Shown: piece after piece, positions 37,927-52,667 of the stretch
Layout: each line of letters opens with the position of its first letter
How positions within the stretch are numbered: position 1 is the stretch's first letter
DNA from: Raillietiella orientalis
Lineage: Eukaryota
NCBI GenBank assembly: GCA_036172245.1
Contig: JAYWIR010000015.1
Location: 1,426,001 to 1,490,000 of the forward strand
Direction: 5' to 3'
Length of the DNA stretch: 64,000 nt
Program-made: the position numbers and the translations under genes
The notes under the pieces: model-generated
Seen by the model: only the letters and a program-made list of their open reading frames with translations
Databases searched by the model: none
What the model was told of the DNA's origin: nothing

Positions 37927-40277
37927 CAGCGTCTGCAATCGCAGCCTGCCTTCTGGCATCGGGGCATCTCGCGAGAGCCAGCGCGTTGATCGCGCGGTTT
38001 CGGAAGCGTTAAAAGGTGCTCCCTGCCACCTCGCCTGCTTTTTAAACTCCCCCCTAATCGGAGCTCGGATCGCCTCTTCGGTCCATACGAGAATATGATG
38101 TCGAGGATTCACTCTTTCAGCTCATCGTCTCCATGCTGAAACGCGGGAAATTCCTCGCGCAGCGACCGAGCAAAAGCGTGTGAACTTCTGCTTCGCGTGA
38201 ATAAAGAAACGGTGGAAAGCGATGATTCCTGCGGTCATGGAGATATCGTTTAAATCTTGATGCTCTTTGTATCGGATCTCAGCTGATAATCAGTGTTTTC
38301 ATTAAAATCCATACCATGTTTGGTTCGGGTGGGGGTGGGTGGGTGGGGGGGATGATCACAGAGTTTCGGCCGGCGCAATTTCATGTTTACGAATCGCATA
38401 CCTTAAAAAGACAGTTCCTTCTTTATTTTGTGTCGGCAATTATGTTAATGATAATTCAATCCTTGGTGGTACCTTTTCGTTTTTCTGAAGCAACGTCTCG
38501 ATTCCGTTAAAGGGCTCCCACTTTATATTTATTTCTTCTGGCTGGAAGAATGTAAACATAAGAAAAAAGACTATGTTTCTCTTTCACCAGAGTGAAATGC
38601 TGTCTGTGGATGCGGTGTCTATAGCTAATTTATTTTCTGTGAGCTTCGGATTTGCGTTTCCATGACTCATCAGATATTGTTTGTACAGCAGGACAAAAAA
38701 AAATCAGTGACAAAGAATCTTTCGAATTTATTACGTTGTTTGTATTCCCTTTCAACATGTAATTCTGTAGTATTTAATATCATCGTTATATAGTCAGCCG
38801 CGAATAAAATCTAATCGAACCGTTGTCTCGCAGATAAGTTCCGAGTACTTCTTGGAACCATTACTCCTTCTGCCATTTTCTCTCCCTCCCTCCCTCCCTC
38901 CCTCTCTCTCTCTCTCTCTTTTTTGGTAGTATTTTTTTGTTTTTCCGGAATACTCCCTGTTCTTCAAGTTATCATAAATTAAGACGGTCCTTTTTTTTCC
39001 CCTTCTTCCTCCTCTTTATCTTCAGAATTTTCTTTTCGTTGCGAGTCCACCTTGCAGCCAAGATAATCCGCAGAACATGTGTGCGGATTGCTCGCTTTCG
39101 ACTCATGAATTTATAAGAACCTCTAAATGAATATTCAGGCACATTAACTCGGCTCCTGACCAGAATGGAAGCTGGGAAGACGATTGCAACGCATGCCAGC
39201 GCGGGGGGGGGGGGGGAAATACATCAAAACACCTTTTTCGAAAGTAATTACCTTTTTTCCGCATTCGGAATTTGTAAAAATTTGCAAATATTCTCAGAGC
39301 AAAAAAAAGAAAAAAGAAGAAGGAAAGAAGCGATTGCACCCGTGAGAAGCGTCATTCTCACTTTGAGGGGTTTTGGCGCCCATTTTTTCGAATTTTTCTT
39401 CATTACATACTGGCAGTGTTTACTCAAAGTGCTTATTCGCTTTTATAATATATGTGTGCAAAACACCGTCTTCGTTTGCACTTCCTTTGCGGTAGGGGTC
39501 GAGTGAATTTTAACGGTTGTTAGGTGGGAATGTGCATCAAAACACCATCTTCCTGCGAATATTTTCCATGCCCGTGTTTTACAGTACTTCTGATACGGTG
39601 CCAGGAGTTGATGCAAATGTGATGATATCGTCAGTTTCGATGATTTTTCTTTTTGAGCATCAGCCAGCCTGGTGCGCAGAGCACCATCGGATGCAAAGAT
39701 GCAAAGGTGAACTGTGCAATGTCCGAGCAACTTTGCTGTTTTTGTCCAAATAATAGAGTCAGTCGTCTGTCTACCATACGGTGATCCACTTTCAGCATCG
39801 TCTAGTTGCGTCTTCTATGCGTAAGAACAGCGAGATGTTTATGCCCCACTAATTGAATAAGCTTTTTTGACTGGTTGGACTGGCAATCTTATCCATCACA
39901 TGTCTGAAGCCTTTGTGCAGTAATTAACTTTTCTTCAATGTTTTGGTATCGACCGTCCTTGTCCCCCCCCCCCTTTTCTTTTCTTTTTTTTTTCCTTCGA
40001 AAAGCAAGAGAATTCTCTCTCCCGATGAGAAGAGTCTACTTGAAACTGGCTCAAAGGAGGCTCGCAATGAAGGTGATCTTGATCATGAGCAAAATGGCGG
40101 ACATGGATCTTGCGAAAATTTGCAGGAATGGCATCAGAACTGCATGCGAAAGAACAACCGTGGACGGTGTCAAAGGCGAAAGCAGCAATCCACCGTTTCG
40201 TTTGCGGACGGTGAGATTGTATTGTATTGTGCGTTCTTGTACAACGTGCGCGATGCTTCCTTATATATAGAATCAAA

Positions 40278-40300
40278 ACACACACACACACACACACACA
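40278..40300. repeat. (AC)11
   Basis: Seen directly. Confidence 0.93.
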
Positions 40301-43300
40301 AGAAAAGATTTAGAACCGAATAGATTTGTATGCAGCAAAGGATTTATATGCAAAGAAAAATTAGTATTTCGTTCAGCATAGTTCGATTTCTTTTGTTTTT
40401 CTTATATTAGTATGTGCGTGGTGTCCCAAGAGTTTCCTTACCTTCTTGTTTTCCTGCGTCCCTTGTGGCTTCGGTTAAGGACTTTTAAAGATGGCGGAAA
40501 ATACGGATGACCCCTTTACAGCAAAGGAGCGTTCGTGATGATTTTTCGGATGCAAGAGTGCAATCATGCCGGGAAAACTATGAGGAATTGGTTCGATCTG
40601 TTCCAGTCCGACTTAAAAGAAATCCTTCATCAAACTGACAATTCCTTCCGTGAACTGCATAGCGAGTGTTCGAAGGCTCGTATTACGAAAGAAATGCAAA
40701 AATCGTTGTTTGTATGACGCGTTCGTAGAGCTTTTGATGGCTTCTCAACGGCGCTTTTGATCTATCGACACGTGTGTAGTCCTTTTCCTTTGGATCCCCA
40801 CTGACCAGCGATTGTTAATGAATTATATGTTGAGGATGTGGGTTGCATTTCTTTGCACATGTATTTTCTAGTGATGGTGTTCAATTCAAGTGTTCACCGA
40901 AGCAGCCTCTCAAGAAACATGGTGTTGTGGTCGAAAGGAAATATCTGCCTTGAAGAACGGGGCAGCGATCCTTTATGCGTGATGACGGATGCAAATGATG
41001 CGAACGGATGGCAGTTGGCTGGCCTTCCCCCCCCCCCCCCCCAAGTAAATGTGAAACCAGGATAGTTTGTCCCTGCAGGTGCTTTGGCCGTGTCCCACAC
41101 CTTGATGGACTCGGTAACTGTGTCTCGTCATAGTTCCAGACGCACGAGGTACCCGAAATCCGGTACCGGCATCTGTAGCCTTCAGGGGATTGTGAGCTGG
41201 CAGAAAATTAGCCAGAACCAGGTCCCTCGGCTCTGACCTTCATCAAGCCCAGGTTTCTCGGTTACAGCAGCCGCTCCGACGGAGTAGTCCGAGCGACTGT
41301 GGCAAAAGGGGGAATGTGGAACCACGTGAGAACTGCAAGGACGTGCGTTTCCTCATACCACAACACGGTGTACCTGCGGTCAGGAAAACTCACAATAAAG
41401 TTTCTGATGATAAGGTGATCTGCACTGACGGAACGACTGATGTTACATTTCATTATGTTGTACTCTTCTTCCATTAGAGAAGCTTCAGGACTTGATCAGC
41501 AATCGAATCCTTCATCTATGCGAAAAGAATCTCACAGACTGACGGTGTGTGTTTCAACGGAGTGCTCAAATTAAAGCTGTGAATGACATCATCCTTTCGT
41601 AAGGTGTCTGCTCAGCTAATTCAACTCGTGATAGTAATTCATGTGTTTTTTTTTTTTTTTTTTCTCGCAGAGTTCCGGTTCGTTTCGAGTGCACGCCCTT
41701 CTTCGCTGATCGTTCACCATTCCGTTCTATCGATATTCAACTCATCAAGGATTAATTACATTATAAAAATGTGCGGTTTGGCTTGGCCGATTCTGGCCCC
41801 GGTCTGGGTTCGTCTTCCACAAGCTGCGAACTCCAGGTACATCCCAGCACGCGAAATGTGTGAAAAGTTCCTCCCTTTGTGGACCGGTTGCCATGTCGGG
41901 AACCCCGAAGCGAAAACGAATGCATTTGAAATTACGTCAAGTTTGCGTGCCAGCAGCTGTGGTGTGATCTCTCGGCACAACCCAGAGAGGCATTCGCAGT
42001 ATCCTCAGATCCGTCCACTCTCGAGCTTTTTCCCTCCGCGTCTCACACCGTCGGCACTATTGGTGTTCCGCCGCAGTTTGCATTTGCAAGTTTCGTGCGT
42101 TTGAATTTATGTAGCCATTAGTTATCAATGCTTTCTGTCGCAAAGGTGATAAGATCCTCGGATGCTCACCAAAAATATTATCGCCGTGAGTCAATTCATG
42201 CTGTATTTTCGTCGTCGTCGTTTTCTTTCTTGGCAGCTTGGTTTCCAATTCAGTACTTTTATTGCATCTCTTAAGAACGTCTTGTCAGTTTTTCTGGTAG
42301 CAGTGCTTATCACTGAAACTGCTGCTGCTCATTGGGCTGCAAGAAAGTATCGGTTGCGCGGGGGGAGGGAAAGGGGGAGGGGGGCATTTCTTAAGCAGGA
42401 TTTCGGGACGGGCATCTGGGAACAGAGTTGTCTCGGGAAGTTTCGGCGCTGGAACAGCTTCTGCTCCGAACCTCACTGTCAAGGAGGCTGTTTCGGCGAA
42501 GGAAATGACTTCTTTCCTCTCAGGTTTATCTGTGAATTTCGATGTCAGTTTTCCTCCCTCTCTGTTCTAATTAGCGGACGCTCCTGCATGTTCCTTTTGT
42601 GCTTCATACGCACCGGCGTGCTCGAGGACCGGCGAAGAAGATCCTTACCGCGAGGCTGGGCATCTGGGAAGGACGTCATTTCCCTGGCAGCGGCGCGGCC
42701 GCCGGTCCCGCAGGAACGAAACTCTTGCAAAAGCGTGTGCGAGCGTAATTTGAAAAGTTTCGGTGAGATTTCGAATTTTATGAAACGGAACATTATTCGC
42801 ACTGCGACCCCAACAAGTAATCACATGATTGCGAAACAAGAAACCGTGCTCTGTGTTGCAGCTGCAGCTGCATGAAATCAGATGGAGCCGAATATTAACT
42901 AGATTTTCAAGATAGATCTTTGATTTAAAGGATACGTATAACTAGATTTATGATTCACGAATGAAAAGATGGATAACTCTGGTGCGCTATCTGTCTTCTT
43001 CATCGAACCAAAAAAAAGAAAGGCTGGTTGCAACCCTCATTCGATAGATGAGTTACTTAGGACTTTTGGATGTCATCGATTTTTCATTGACTTGGTGGCT
43101 TTTTTCTTTTCTTTTCTTTTTTTTTTTTTAAAAGAAATGGTAAAAATGTGTCTATTTGAACACACGTTCTGCGTATTGTCTTATACAATCTCGAAACCGT
43201 TGTCGTTTAGGGTAATTAAAAAAAAAAAAAAGGGAAAAAGAATCGGGAAGCGGGGAGGGATCTCTTGGCCGGGGAAAGGGTTGCTTTGAACAGCAGCTCG

Positions 43301-43498
43301 GAGGAGGAGATGAGAATGACACACCGATGGCACGTTGGAAACGTTCGCATACACGGCCGTAACACAGCTTATCGCTCAGGTATGCATCCTCGTAGTGGAC
43401 TCTTTGTGCGACGACCAACTTCCATAAAACAAACAAGGAACTCTCCGGAATGATTTTGTCCCTCGCGTGAGTTCCACTATAAATAATCACTGAAGAAC

Positions 43499-43524
<26 letters not shown>
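43499..43524. repeat. (TA)13
   Basis: Seen directly. Confidence 0.95.
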
Positions 43525-43530
<6 letters not shown>

Positions 43531-46500
43531 CCACTGTTGGAGGTGAGCGTGGCCTGCTTGAACATACCTAGCAAATTCTCGTTATCCGTGGATTAGTGCC
43601 AGGCACAGTGTACTCATGTTTGTCCGGCACGTAGGCATATCAGGTGCTTTTACCGGAACCTATTTTGCGGCACTGTACACATCGTCGTCGTCTTGAAATG
43701 CCTCGTTTACCTGTCGCTCGGTCTTAAGCGTCGGTTGTGCTGTTGCGTTTCCGTAACCTATTTCGAACAGCGTAAGCTAATAAACCCACCGGAAGTTGTG
43801 GGGAATTCTTGGTGGATGCTGCACAGATCGTAATGATGATGCCGCACTCGTAACCAGAGAGTATGTCAGGGGAAAACGGTGACGGTAGCTGCGTGTCCTC
43901 CTCACATGTGGCCACCGTTGCCCAAACTCATCTCGCCAACGAAGAGGATTCGCACGAAAGTCCGAACGCAGGATGTAACTTTCCTACAGATGATCAGGAA
44001 ACTGGAGCTCATTTTTTCGGACCGCATTTCATTTGGTCTGGAAAGATGAAGTATCTATCCTCTTGGTAATATCTTTCGTTCCACCTTTGTGCCCAGTTGC
44101 CTTCCTCATCGGCTCATCTTATCCCAACAGTTTTGTTTTCGTTTTTATCCTTCAAAAGACTGTTACTGATCTTGGGAAGTGTGTGTGTGTGTACACGATG
44201 ACCCTGAACAAAAAAAAAAACAGATCCACCAGGAATTCCGCTGGGAGTGTCGGAAAGCTTTTCAGCGGACAGGAACGCGGTAGTGCTGATTTTATGGGGT
44301 GCCATCTTTGCAGGGCACGCCGATTTTGGTCTCGGCTGCGCCGTTCCCGGGAAACGTATGAGCCGACCGTACCTTCGCAATCGAAGCTTCATAGGGGTTG
44401 GTGAAAGAGAAAGCAGGCTCATTTTTCTGTGGTTGTTTGGCTTGGGACCGTGGACTTCGGAAACTCGCAAGTAGCTCATGATGCTGCGGAGCAGCTTGGA
44501 GGAGGAGGAGCAAAGCACCGCATTTTGAGTTCATGGCGGCAGGCGGATCTGCAAGCCACTTCCTTGCTGGCGTAATCAGCACGGAAGGCATTTCGGATCC
44601 GTGAAATAAAACCATCGAGGGCTTCGGCGTTTGGGTGTTATTGGGGCGCTGTCCGAATAGAAAAGTTGGATGGACCATTAGAGGGAGCTCAGAGAAACCG
44701 TTTAAAGAGGGAGGAATTCTAAGCGCAGGGACATTTCCTCGAGGATGAGAGGTCATCTTGTGGTCGCATCCTTCCGAACGTTTAGGAAGCAGCCAGCTTC
44801 GGGGTTTCAGTGTCTTCTCCTGCTCCCCTAAGCCAATCAATCCCTCTCGTGGAAAGTTGATTTAGTCTGACGAAGGAGTCTGCGGTAAGTGCCACATTCA
44901 TCACCAGCAAAAGGTGTGGAGAATTCATTTCAAGCATCACACTTTGGTAGCGCCACTCTCAAAGTTGGCGGACATTCACTGGAAGCAATTTATTCAGCAA
45001 GGGTCATCGTGTGGTGATCAATCAGTTCTTCGCGGAGTTTCAGAGTTTTGTAAGTCGGGAGATCAGCAAAAAACAGGAATCACATGGGTTCGTTTGACGA
45101 ACTGCTTATTGCGGAACCCGGAGGAGGAGGAGGAAGGGGGTGATGTCGAAACAGGGAAGAATAGCGAGTTTTAAGCGCAGTCTAAATCGAGAGGTCCATC
45201 CGTTGTGGATTTAGGGGAATGATGGAACACCGTATTAGAATTTCGGAAGATGACAGCGGATTCAAAGAAAAGGGAAGCGTTAAAGCATCCGATTCAAGTT
45301 AAGAATAAAAAATGGTCCGAAGGAAGGCATTTATCAAGATTATTCAGAAGAAAGAAATAATTCCGAAATAATAATTACGAATAATAAATAAAACGGAGAT
45401 AAAGTCCGAAGTGCCAGGAGCGCTGCAAGAGCACCCCTCCGAAATTCGCGATTGGATGCTGCATCAAAGGATCGGGCTAATGCAGCGTTCGGAATCCAGC
45501 CGGCAGGAAGTCAAAAACGGAACCGCCCCGATCCTCTTTTTGCATTAATCCAATAGGAAGCTAAGTCGGATAAGTTTCGGATGTTGCTTCATCACACGGA
45601 GCAGTGAAAGGCGGAAACTTCACTTCTCGACTTTCTTCAAAATAATTAAACGGGATAGATATCTGGATTACGGGATCGCGCTGTTCACCGTGGGCGAAAG
45701 GCTCGCAGAATTCCGAGGCGGAATCGGGGACCTGGAAAGATACGAAGGCCCGAGTGCAGTATCGATCCTCTCTTGCGATGCAAACTTTTCAAACAAGCAA
45801 AAAGTATCCTTTAAGAATTATGACGGCCGAGAAAAAGAAATACGGCAGGCGAGGGGGCCGACGTGAATTGGAGAGCGGTGCGCAGTTAGGGGTGAAGGGA
45901 GGGAGGGAGAGAGAGAGAGAAAGGTACTAGCAGCCATGTTCGAGTGCCTTGGTTGGTACTCTCTGTCCCTGTACAATCGTGATTTTCTCGCGCTGGCTTT
46001 TTCCTCCTTCCCCTCCTCCCCTTCGTTTTCCTCCTTCTTCTTCTTCGTCTTCTTACGGGCAGCAGCAGCCATCGCATTCCGCCAGTGAAGGGGGGGATCA
46101 CGCACTTCTCGAATTCTTGCCTAGGTGATAGAAAATCAGACTTGGAAGCTGCGCGTCATCGCTGTCATCTTGAGCGTTCAAAACGTTCACAAAAGTAACG
46201 CTCGCATAAATCACAAGGAGTTGTGCAGATGCACGGGGAACGGGATCGCATGTCTGCGAAAAGATAAAACTTTTTTTTTTTTTTCTGTTGGACCGGTGAT
46301 GAATGTGACCTGGAAGGATTCCTGGCTAATATTTCCAGAGGGTTCCGGATGGGTATTAAGGATGAGGAGAAGTTTCCTCGTCGTTTCTTGGTTGAGGCTG
46401 CAATTTGTCCCGAGTGGAAGGATCACAAGGGATGCAAATTCCTGTGTGGTGCGGGACTATTAATTACCTGTCTTCGGAAAGAGGTGGTTCCACGGTGTAT

Positions 46501-46542
46501 GAAAAGGGAAGTTCTCAACACCACTTCGGAGAGTGGGAACAG

Positions 46543-46563
46543 CACACACACACACACACACAC
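46543..46563. repeat. (CA)10
   Basis: Seen directly. Confidence 0.92.
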
Positions 46564-47054
46564 GTTTACGCGTGCGTGTTTGATTCGAGACAAAAAAAGA
46601 AAGAAAGAAAATTCATGTTCCTTATCTGCCTTCTGATGGACCACTGCATCAAACACCACCAACGTTCCGGATATTAATTCTCGTTTCAGCCTGTCTCAGC
46701 TCCTTGCTTGGAGGTTTTTCCAATTCGCACTCCGTAGAGATCTTTTTTTTTTTTTTTTTCTTCCTTTTTTTCAAAAAAAAAAAAAAAAAGCCCTCCTTCC
46801 CGTGACTTCTCTCCTTTGACTCGTTCACAACCGCCACGACATGCTACTTCTGCTGCTCGGTTATCGGGTCATCTCTGGCCAGTAAGTAATAATCTCCGGG
46901 ATGTAGTTAGCAATAAATCGTAACGGATATTTTTCTTTCTTCCACGATACATTTTTCTGTTGCTCCCAGCTTTTTGCCGAGGTAAACCGAAAAATTCTTC
47001 GTTTCATGCGCGGCGACCGCATCCCGGAAACCGTGAATGGGAACGCGCCGCTGC

Positions 47055-47077
47055 GTTGGCTCGCCCGAGCACCTCTC

Positions 47078-47113
<36 letters not shown>

Positions 47114-47144
47114 GGCTCGCCCGAGCACCTCTCTCCGTGTGTGT
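47055..47144 (+). repeat. Direct duplication of GTTGGCTCGCCCGAGCACCTCTCTCC (26 bp) plus (GT)n, period 56 bp
   Basis: Identical copies at 47055-47080 and 47111-47136, each followed by GT repeats. Confidence 0.95.
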
Positions 47145-50100
47145 ATGTGTGTTTGCTTGCTCTCGCTGCGGAGTCGAAGCTGCTGCTGTCCTGCAACATC
47201 TCATTTTCATCAGCTCGCAGTTTCATTGAGCATTTTCTCTAATTGTATCCTTTGGGAAGCTCAAATTGGAGATGTTTTTCGAAGACGGATCTGCGCGTCC
47301 GATCCGTTCTGTTAACGTGTATTTATTGCGGCTTGCGATTATGATCTGCTCCACCGTAGTCATTTCGTCCATTCGCATGTACAACCGCGAGCAATACAAA
47401 CTATATATAAATCAATTTTATACGTTCCTTCTGCCGTTGATCTTTCTCCGAGGGCTAAAGGACTAATTATAACACAGTGACTCGGAAAAGAATTCTTTCT
47501 TCCTCCTCTCTCTCCCCCTCTCCTTCTCCTCTCTTTCTGTTTTCGTGGCTTCAAATTTGCACTTCCATGATCTTTCGATACGATAATGGAAAAAGCCTTT
47601 TCCTCTCTGTCCTTGTAATTAAAAATTTCATTTGGTATTTCTGAATTCGGCAGTCTTACTCGGCCTGTGATTACAATGAGCTCCAGGTATGTGATTAAAA
47701 GATCGGATCTCGTGGTGGATTAGAAAGGCTCCATTTTCTCGATCTTCGAGAAATCGAGATAATTCATTAAGTTTGCGGGCGCCGTGTTTAATTGCAAGTT
47801 CCTATCACGGCTATCTGTCGTTGCCAAGGAATCGCAATCGCTCTTTTTTTTGTAATGGCGGTTTAAGATATCCGTCGCGAGGATCGCGAAAAAATGTAGC
47901 AACGTGTTGTCCCTCCCCCTCCCCCCCGGCGTGCACTTTTAAGCATTGCCAGCGGAGTGCATTGTGGACGCAGTGTTTTCGAAATTCGAAATGTTCCAAA
48001 GCATGGCACGAGCGCTTTTGCTGACAGTGTGCGAGCTGCCTGCGAGGGGCGCACCGCTCGGGATGCACACTGATTTCCCACTGGGGTGGGTGGGGTGTTT
48101 GGACCAGGCCTCCATTCCGGTTTCCTCCCATCCTCTCCGAGTTACCTGCTCTTTGGCTTTTCGCTTCGGGTGTTCGGAGAGACACGGCTACATCGTCGTC
48201 GTCTCCGCCTTCCCCCTTCACCGGCTCGTCACACCTTTGAGGAAAAGACCTTTCTTCCGCCTCAGCGTGAACTTCCAGGCTACTTTCATCTGGGGGACCG
48301 GGGGGTATACGGTTACTGTTGGGTGAGTCTTTCTGAGCATCGCATCTCGAGATGCTGCTGGTGCTGTGCGATGCTGCTCCCGGTAAACACGAACCCTTCA
48401 GCTGTGTGTATGCTATTCGAGTGCGCGCCTTCGTCTCCAGCCCGTGAAGATGCCACTCGCAGATATTTGCGTTTCCTGTTTGTTCAAACGGGGAAAAGTG
48501 GATCATAGGGCTGCGAGGAAGCACCTCACCCCCCTCGAACGTTTTGTAAACTCGGAACCCCGGTCACGAGTAATCCCTAAGCTGAAGCGAAAGAATCTCA
48601 TTCCGCTTCGCTCGATTCTTCCGTGGGTCTCAGCCTCTTTCCCTGAACGAAGGTGTCCTGTGCGGAGCCATCGAGCATTTCGCTTCACCCCCTGGAACAA
48701 AGGGGAAATCTTGCAACCGCGGTTCCTGACAGAATCAGGGGACCTTTTATCAATCCGAAGTTTCCTCCTAGAAACCAATGGCTTTCGCAGCATAAATGTC
48801 AAGAAGGCGCAGACGGTTTCCGGGACCTGAACGTGGTGAAGGTGGAACGATCGTCGAGAAGACATCTTCTTCACGTCATGACCAGCGTCGGGTACGCGAA
48901 AAGTGAGGCGGGAATGCTGCTGGCTTGCGCTTGGCGCGAACAGCTCTCTCCTGCAGCGGCCTCGCCTCGTCTTGAAAAATCTTGAAAAATTTCCGAAGAC
49001 CACCAAGTCTTCACAAGCAGAGGGAGGAGGCCAAGGGGACATCGGACCGCTTCGCCCGTTTTCCGCGCGTCGCACGCGGATGTGGAGTCGAGCTCGTCTA
49101 TTCAGATGCGTCAGAAGCACGCACCCAGCATTCTTTCCAGCGCTACTCCTCGTCGCAGCGTTACGAAGTCATGGAGACTCCCCCCCACCCTAATTATCAT
49201 TATCATTCCCGTGCGCTTTATCTATTTCCGCCTTAACGTAGAGTAACTTCCGCATTACTGCAGAGACGTTTCGTGCGCCTCTTTTGAGCTGTTTTTTTTT
49301 TTTTTTTTGGTTAATAAGATCTCATACGCGCCCGGGACGAGGTGTCTTCTCGGAAACCAAAGGGTGTCCACATCGCCACCAGAATCTCACGGACCTCAAA
49401 CACCCTTTGAACCGAATAATTCGGCAACGTCTTGGTACAAAAAAATAGGGACGGTTCGGGCTGTTTGGTAAGCGTTCGTCCCAGCTGCCCCGCCATCCAT
49501 CCCTGTGAATATGTATGCCCTGTGCCTTTCCGTGATGACCTGGACTTTGGAACCGATTCCGTTTCAGTTTCACTCTCAGTATGGTAGTTGGTAGGTTTTC
49601 CAAGGTGTTTGGGGGAACGCCGTCGCCTAGGGGACGGCGTAGGGAATTCCTCCCGGAGGAACCGTTGCTGCGATGTAGTGTCAGCACACACCACGGGTAC
49701 GCACGCACCGCGAGAACGCGGTGTTCATCCGTGGAGTTTCCGTCGTGTCCGGAGCTTTTCCTCCAGCTTCGTTTCGAAGGTCTCGGTGACTTTGCCGGCA
49801 TGGCGGCGGAGGCGGTTGCTTTCTGCCAAACGGCAACGTGTTGGTAAACATTCCGTCGTGTTCCCTTCGGACGCGTGTGCGCGGTGTTTCTTTTGGTTCC
49901 GCCTTCGTCGGAGGCCAACTCTCTTTGCTCACGGTTTGCACGAGTACTTTTTGCCGAGTGGATTTTGTCATTTAAAGGAGGCATCATTAAGGAGATCATT
50001 AAGGAGACGGAGCAACGTGAGCTGGTGGATAAAAGAGTGTTGGTTACCGAGTTCGGTTGGTAAATCGGATGAATACGTAAATAAAACACGCGCGCACACA

Positions 50101-52646
50101 TTCCGAATAAGCTGTGGCCAAGCAAACGAATTCGGGGGTTTCCTTGATGAAACTTCCTCTGGTTAAGCGACTTTATTTCGATATCTGCTTCGTTCAAGGT
50201 CATGACTCCTTAACCGCAAAGGGAGAAGGAATTATCTCGTTGATTCGATGCTTGCCTGGTCTCAGGGTGCGCCTTCCAGGCTCTTGGGAGTCCCAATGCT
50301 TCAGCTGCGTGAAAACTCCGCTTGGTCCCGCAGCCTCCGTATCATTCGTTACTTCTCCTGACCGTCTACGTTCTTTGCTTTTGTACCAGAACAATTCCCA
50401 AGGCACACAGCCGTAGTGTACATTCTTTTCTTCTTCTTCTTCTACGCTTTTTCTTCGCATTAACGTTCAAGACGAGGGCAGCGGCTATTTTCTGTAGCGA
50501 CGTTCCGTGCTAAAGCAGGCGTTCGAAACCTCGAAGGAAAGTGCGAAAGAATTCAAAGCTTGAAAAGAGTTTTGCAAGAATGTTGATGCTCTAAATGCAT
50601 TGTGTTTTTTCTTGGACGGGAGTTGGCAGGCAAACTGCCTCATATGGAGAAGGGAGAGCAAGGAAAAGGAAAAAAAGGAGGAAAAAAAAAAAACAAAAAC
50701 AAAAAAAAAAACAAAAAGATATTCGGTAATTATGAAAAGTCTGTGTGGTTGACGAAGGCACTTTTGACCAGCGTGTGCGCGATGTTTGAAGTTAATCCTC
50801 CGTAGGTCAAGCCAGTGAGTGACACGCACGTTCGTGTTTCCCGGAAAGTCTGCAGAGAGAAAGGCTGCTTTATTTTTGAGTCTCCTAACATCGTCATGCC
50901 AAAGGGCAGAGGGAAATTTTTCCGAAAGATTGAGGAAATAGGGGGTATCCCTCAATTCTCTCTTGTTTTTTGTTATGAAACTTTCACAAATCACTGCAGC
51001 GTGTGTACTCGGATAACGATGTTTGTATTGCGGCTCACTAATTTTGTTAGCTTCATTTGTTTCCAATCGTTTGCCGTGCCCTGCCCACATTTCTCATGCT
51101 GGTTTTCCTATCTCTTCTCACAGTTTCATAACTTTATCTCGAAGACTTCCTCACAGTGTTTAGAATTCCTGGCAAGGAATGCGCTCTTTTAGTTCAGATT
51201 TGTTTTGCCATTCTTCGTAAACGGAGGTCGTTTTGTTTCCAGCTTTCGTATCCAAACTTTGACAGCCCCACTTCCTGCTACTTTTAAAAGCTCCAGCTTC
51301 TTTCTCATGATAATTTTGACATCACCCCCAGACACTATAATTTCTTCTTCCTTTCTAGATTTTTTCCCTTTTCTTTGCTCTCTCAAATTAGCACCGGTAA
51401 TCCTTGCCATCATCGCTTTTCCTGGAAATTGAAGTTTTCCCTCCTTTTATTCCCGCACAGAACGGGTTAATCCCAGAGATCGGGGCTTATTAATTAATTG
51501 GGCGCTTATCGAGTGAACCCGAAGAGAAGTGCTTGTTTATAACGAACTGGTGAAGTGGATGCGAAGGCGTCGCGGAGGCTCTCGAGGAGAGGCGAGATGA
51601 AATGGTACACCGAAATCGCAATAGATGGTCTCAGGATTCATTTATTCAGTGAACCCTGACTTGACTACGGCGTCGAAGAAGCGGAGGCAGGCAGCCATCA
51701 GCTATCAGTGTTTCGTTTTATTGACTTCGTGAAAGAAGTTCGATTTGGTTGGTACAATTATCACGTTTGTATGGGCCGAGTGGGGCAAAAAAGAAAAGAG
51801 GAGAAGAAGAAGAAGCAGAAGAGGAGGAAGAAGAAGAAAAAAAAAAAGGCGAACGGATAGCTGACATGGAATTGCAAATTGTAAGGCCGTTGTCAAAGGA
51901 ACGAAATTGATATTGAAAGCATTAATTGAATTCCATAACGATTGCGACTGAAATTTGGTTGAGGCCTTAAAAAAATCCTTGGGGTTTTTACTACCAGCCA
52001 TAAAAGCAGCAGCAGGGACAAGGGTGAGACCTGCACACAACTGGGAACCTCATACAGCTTGGGAGGAACGAGGGACCGAAGAGACGCGAAAGAGGCGCGA
52101 AGACGAGTGCGACGACGAGTTTTCTGGAAAATCGGAAAACCGGCGGGCAGCAGCACGTCCACGGGCTTCCGGCTCCTTTCACGTACGCCACGACGTGTAC
52201 ACACCGTACGCGGGAATCGCGGGACGCGCGGAGAATCCTGAAGCCGAGCTCCGAATCCCCTTTTCCCAGAAACATCCTGGAACGTTAAATAAATGATGCA
52301 CTTATCGCTAGGTACAGGGAAATCATTCAAGAGGCTTTTCTGTGGGTTCTCGTTACCGAGTGGGCGGTGCTCTATTTTTGCTACCTATTATGTATTGTTT
52401 GTGTCTACTTACTAATGATGCTAATTATTCTATTCTTGAACTAATAAGTGCGCAAGACTGTCACTTTTAATGAACGAAACGTGCTATTAGTCAATTTTCA
52501 AGTGTTTCATGAATTATAGATGCAAGGGTGCATTAATGTAGCATGATAGTGTAAGAGTACGCTGATGCGATGGCTTGGCATGCATTCAGAATCGTACCAG
52601 AAGTGCTGCCGAGAAGTAGGTACAAAAGATGGGTTACTTTGTTTAT

Positions 52647-52667
52647 ATTATTATTATTATTATTATT
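52647..52667. repeat. (ATT)7
   Basis: Seen directly. Confidence 0.9.

Noticed and set aside
45180..45870. Possible stop-codon reassignment: one + frame here is interrupted only by TAA over about 230 codons
   Set aside because: The read-through peptide resembles nothing I know. Other regions tested show mixed TAA, TAG and TGA stops, and there is no conserved protein to anchor a code change.
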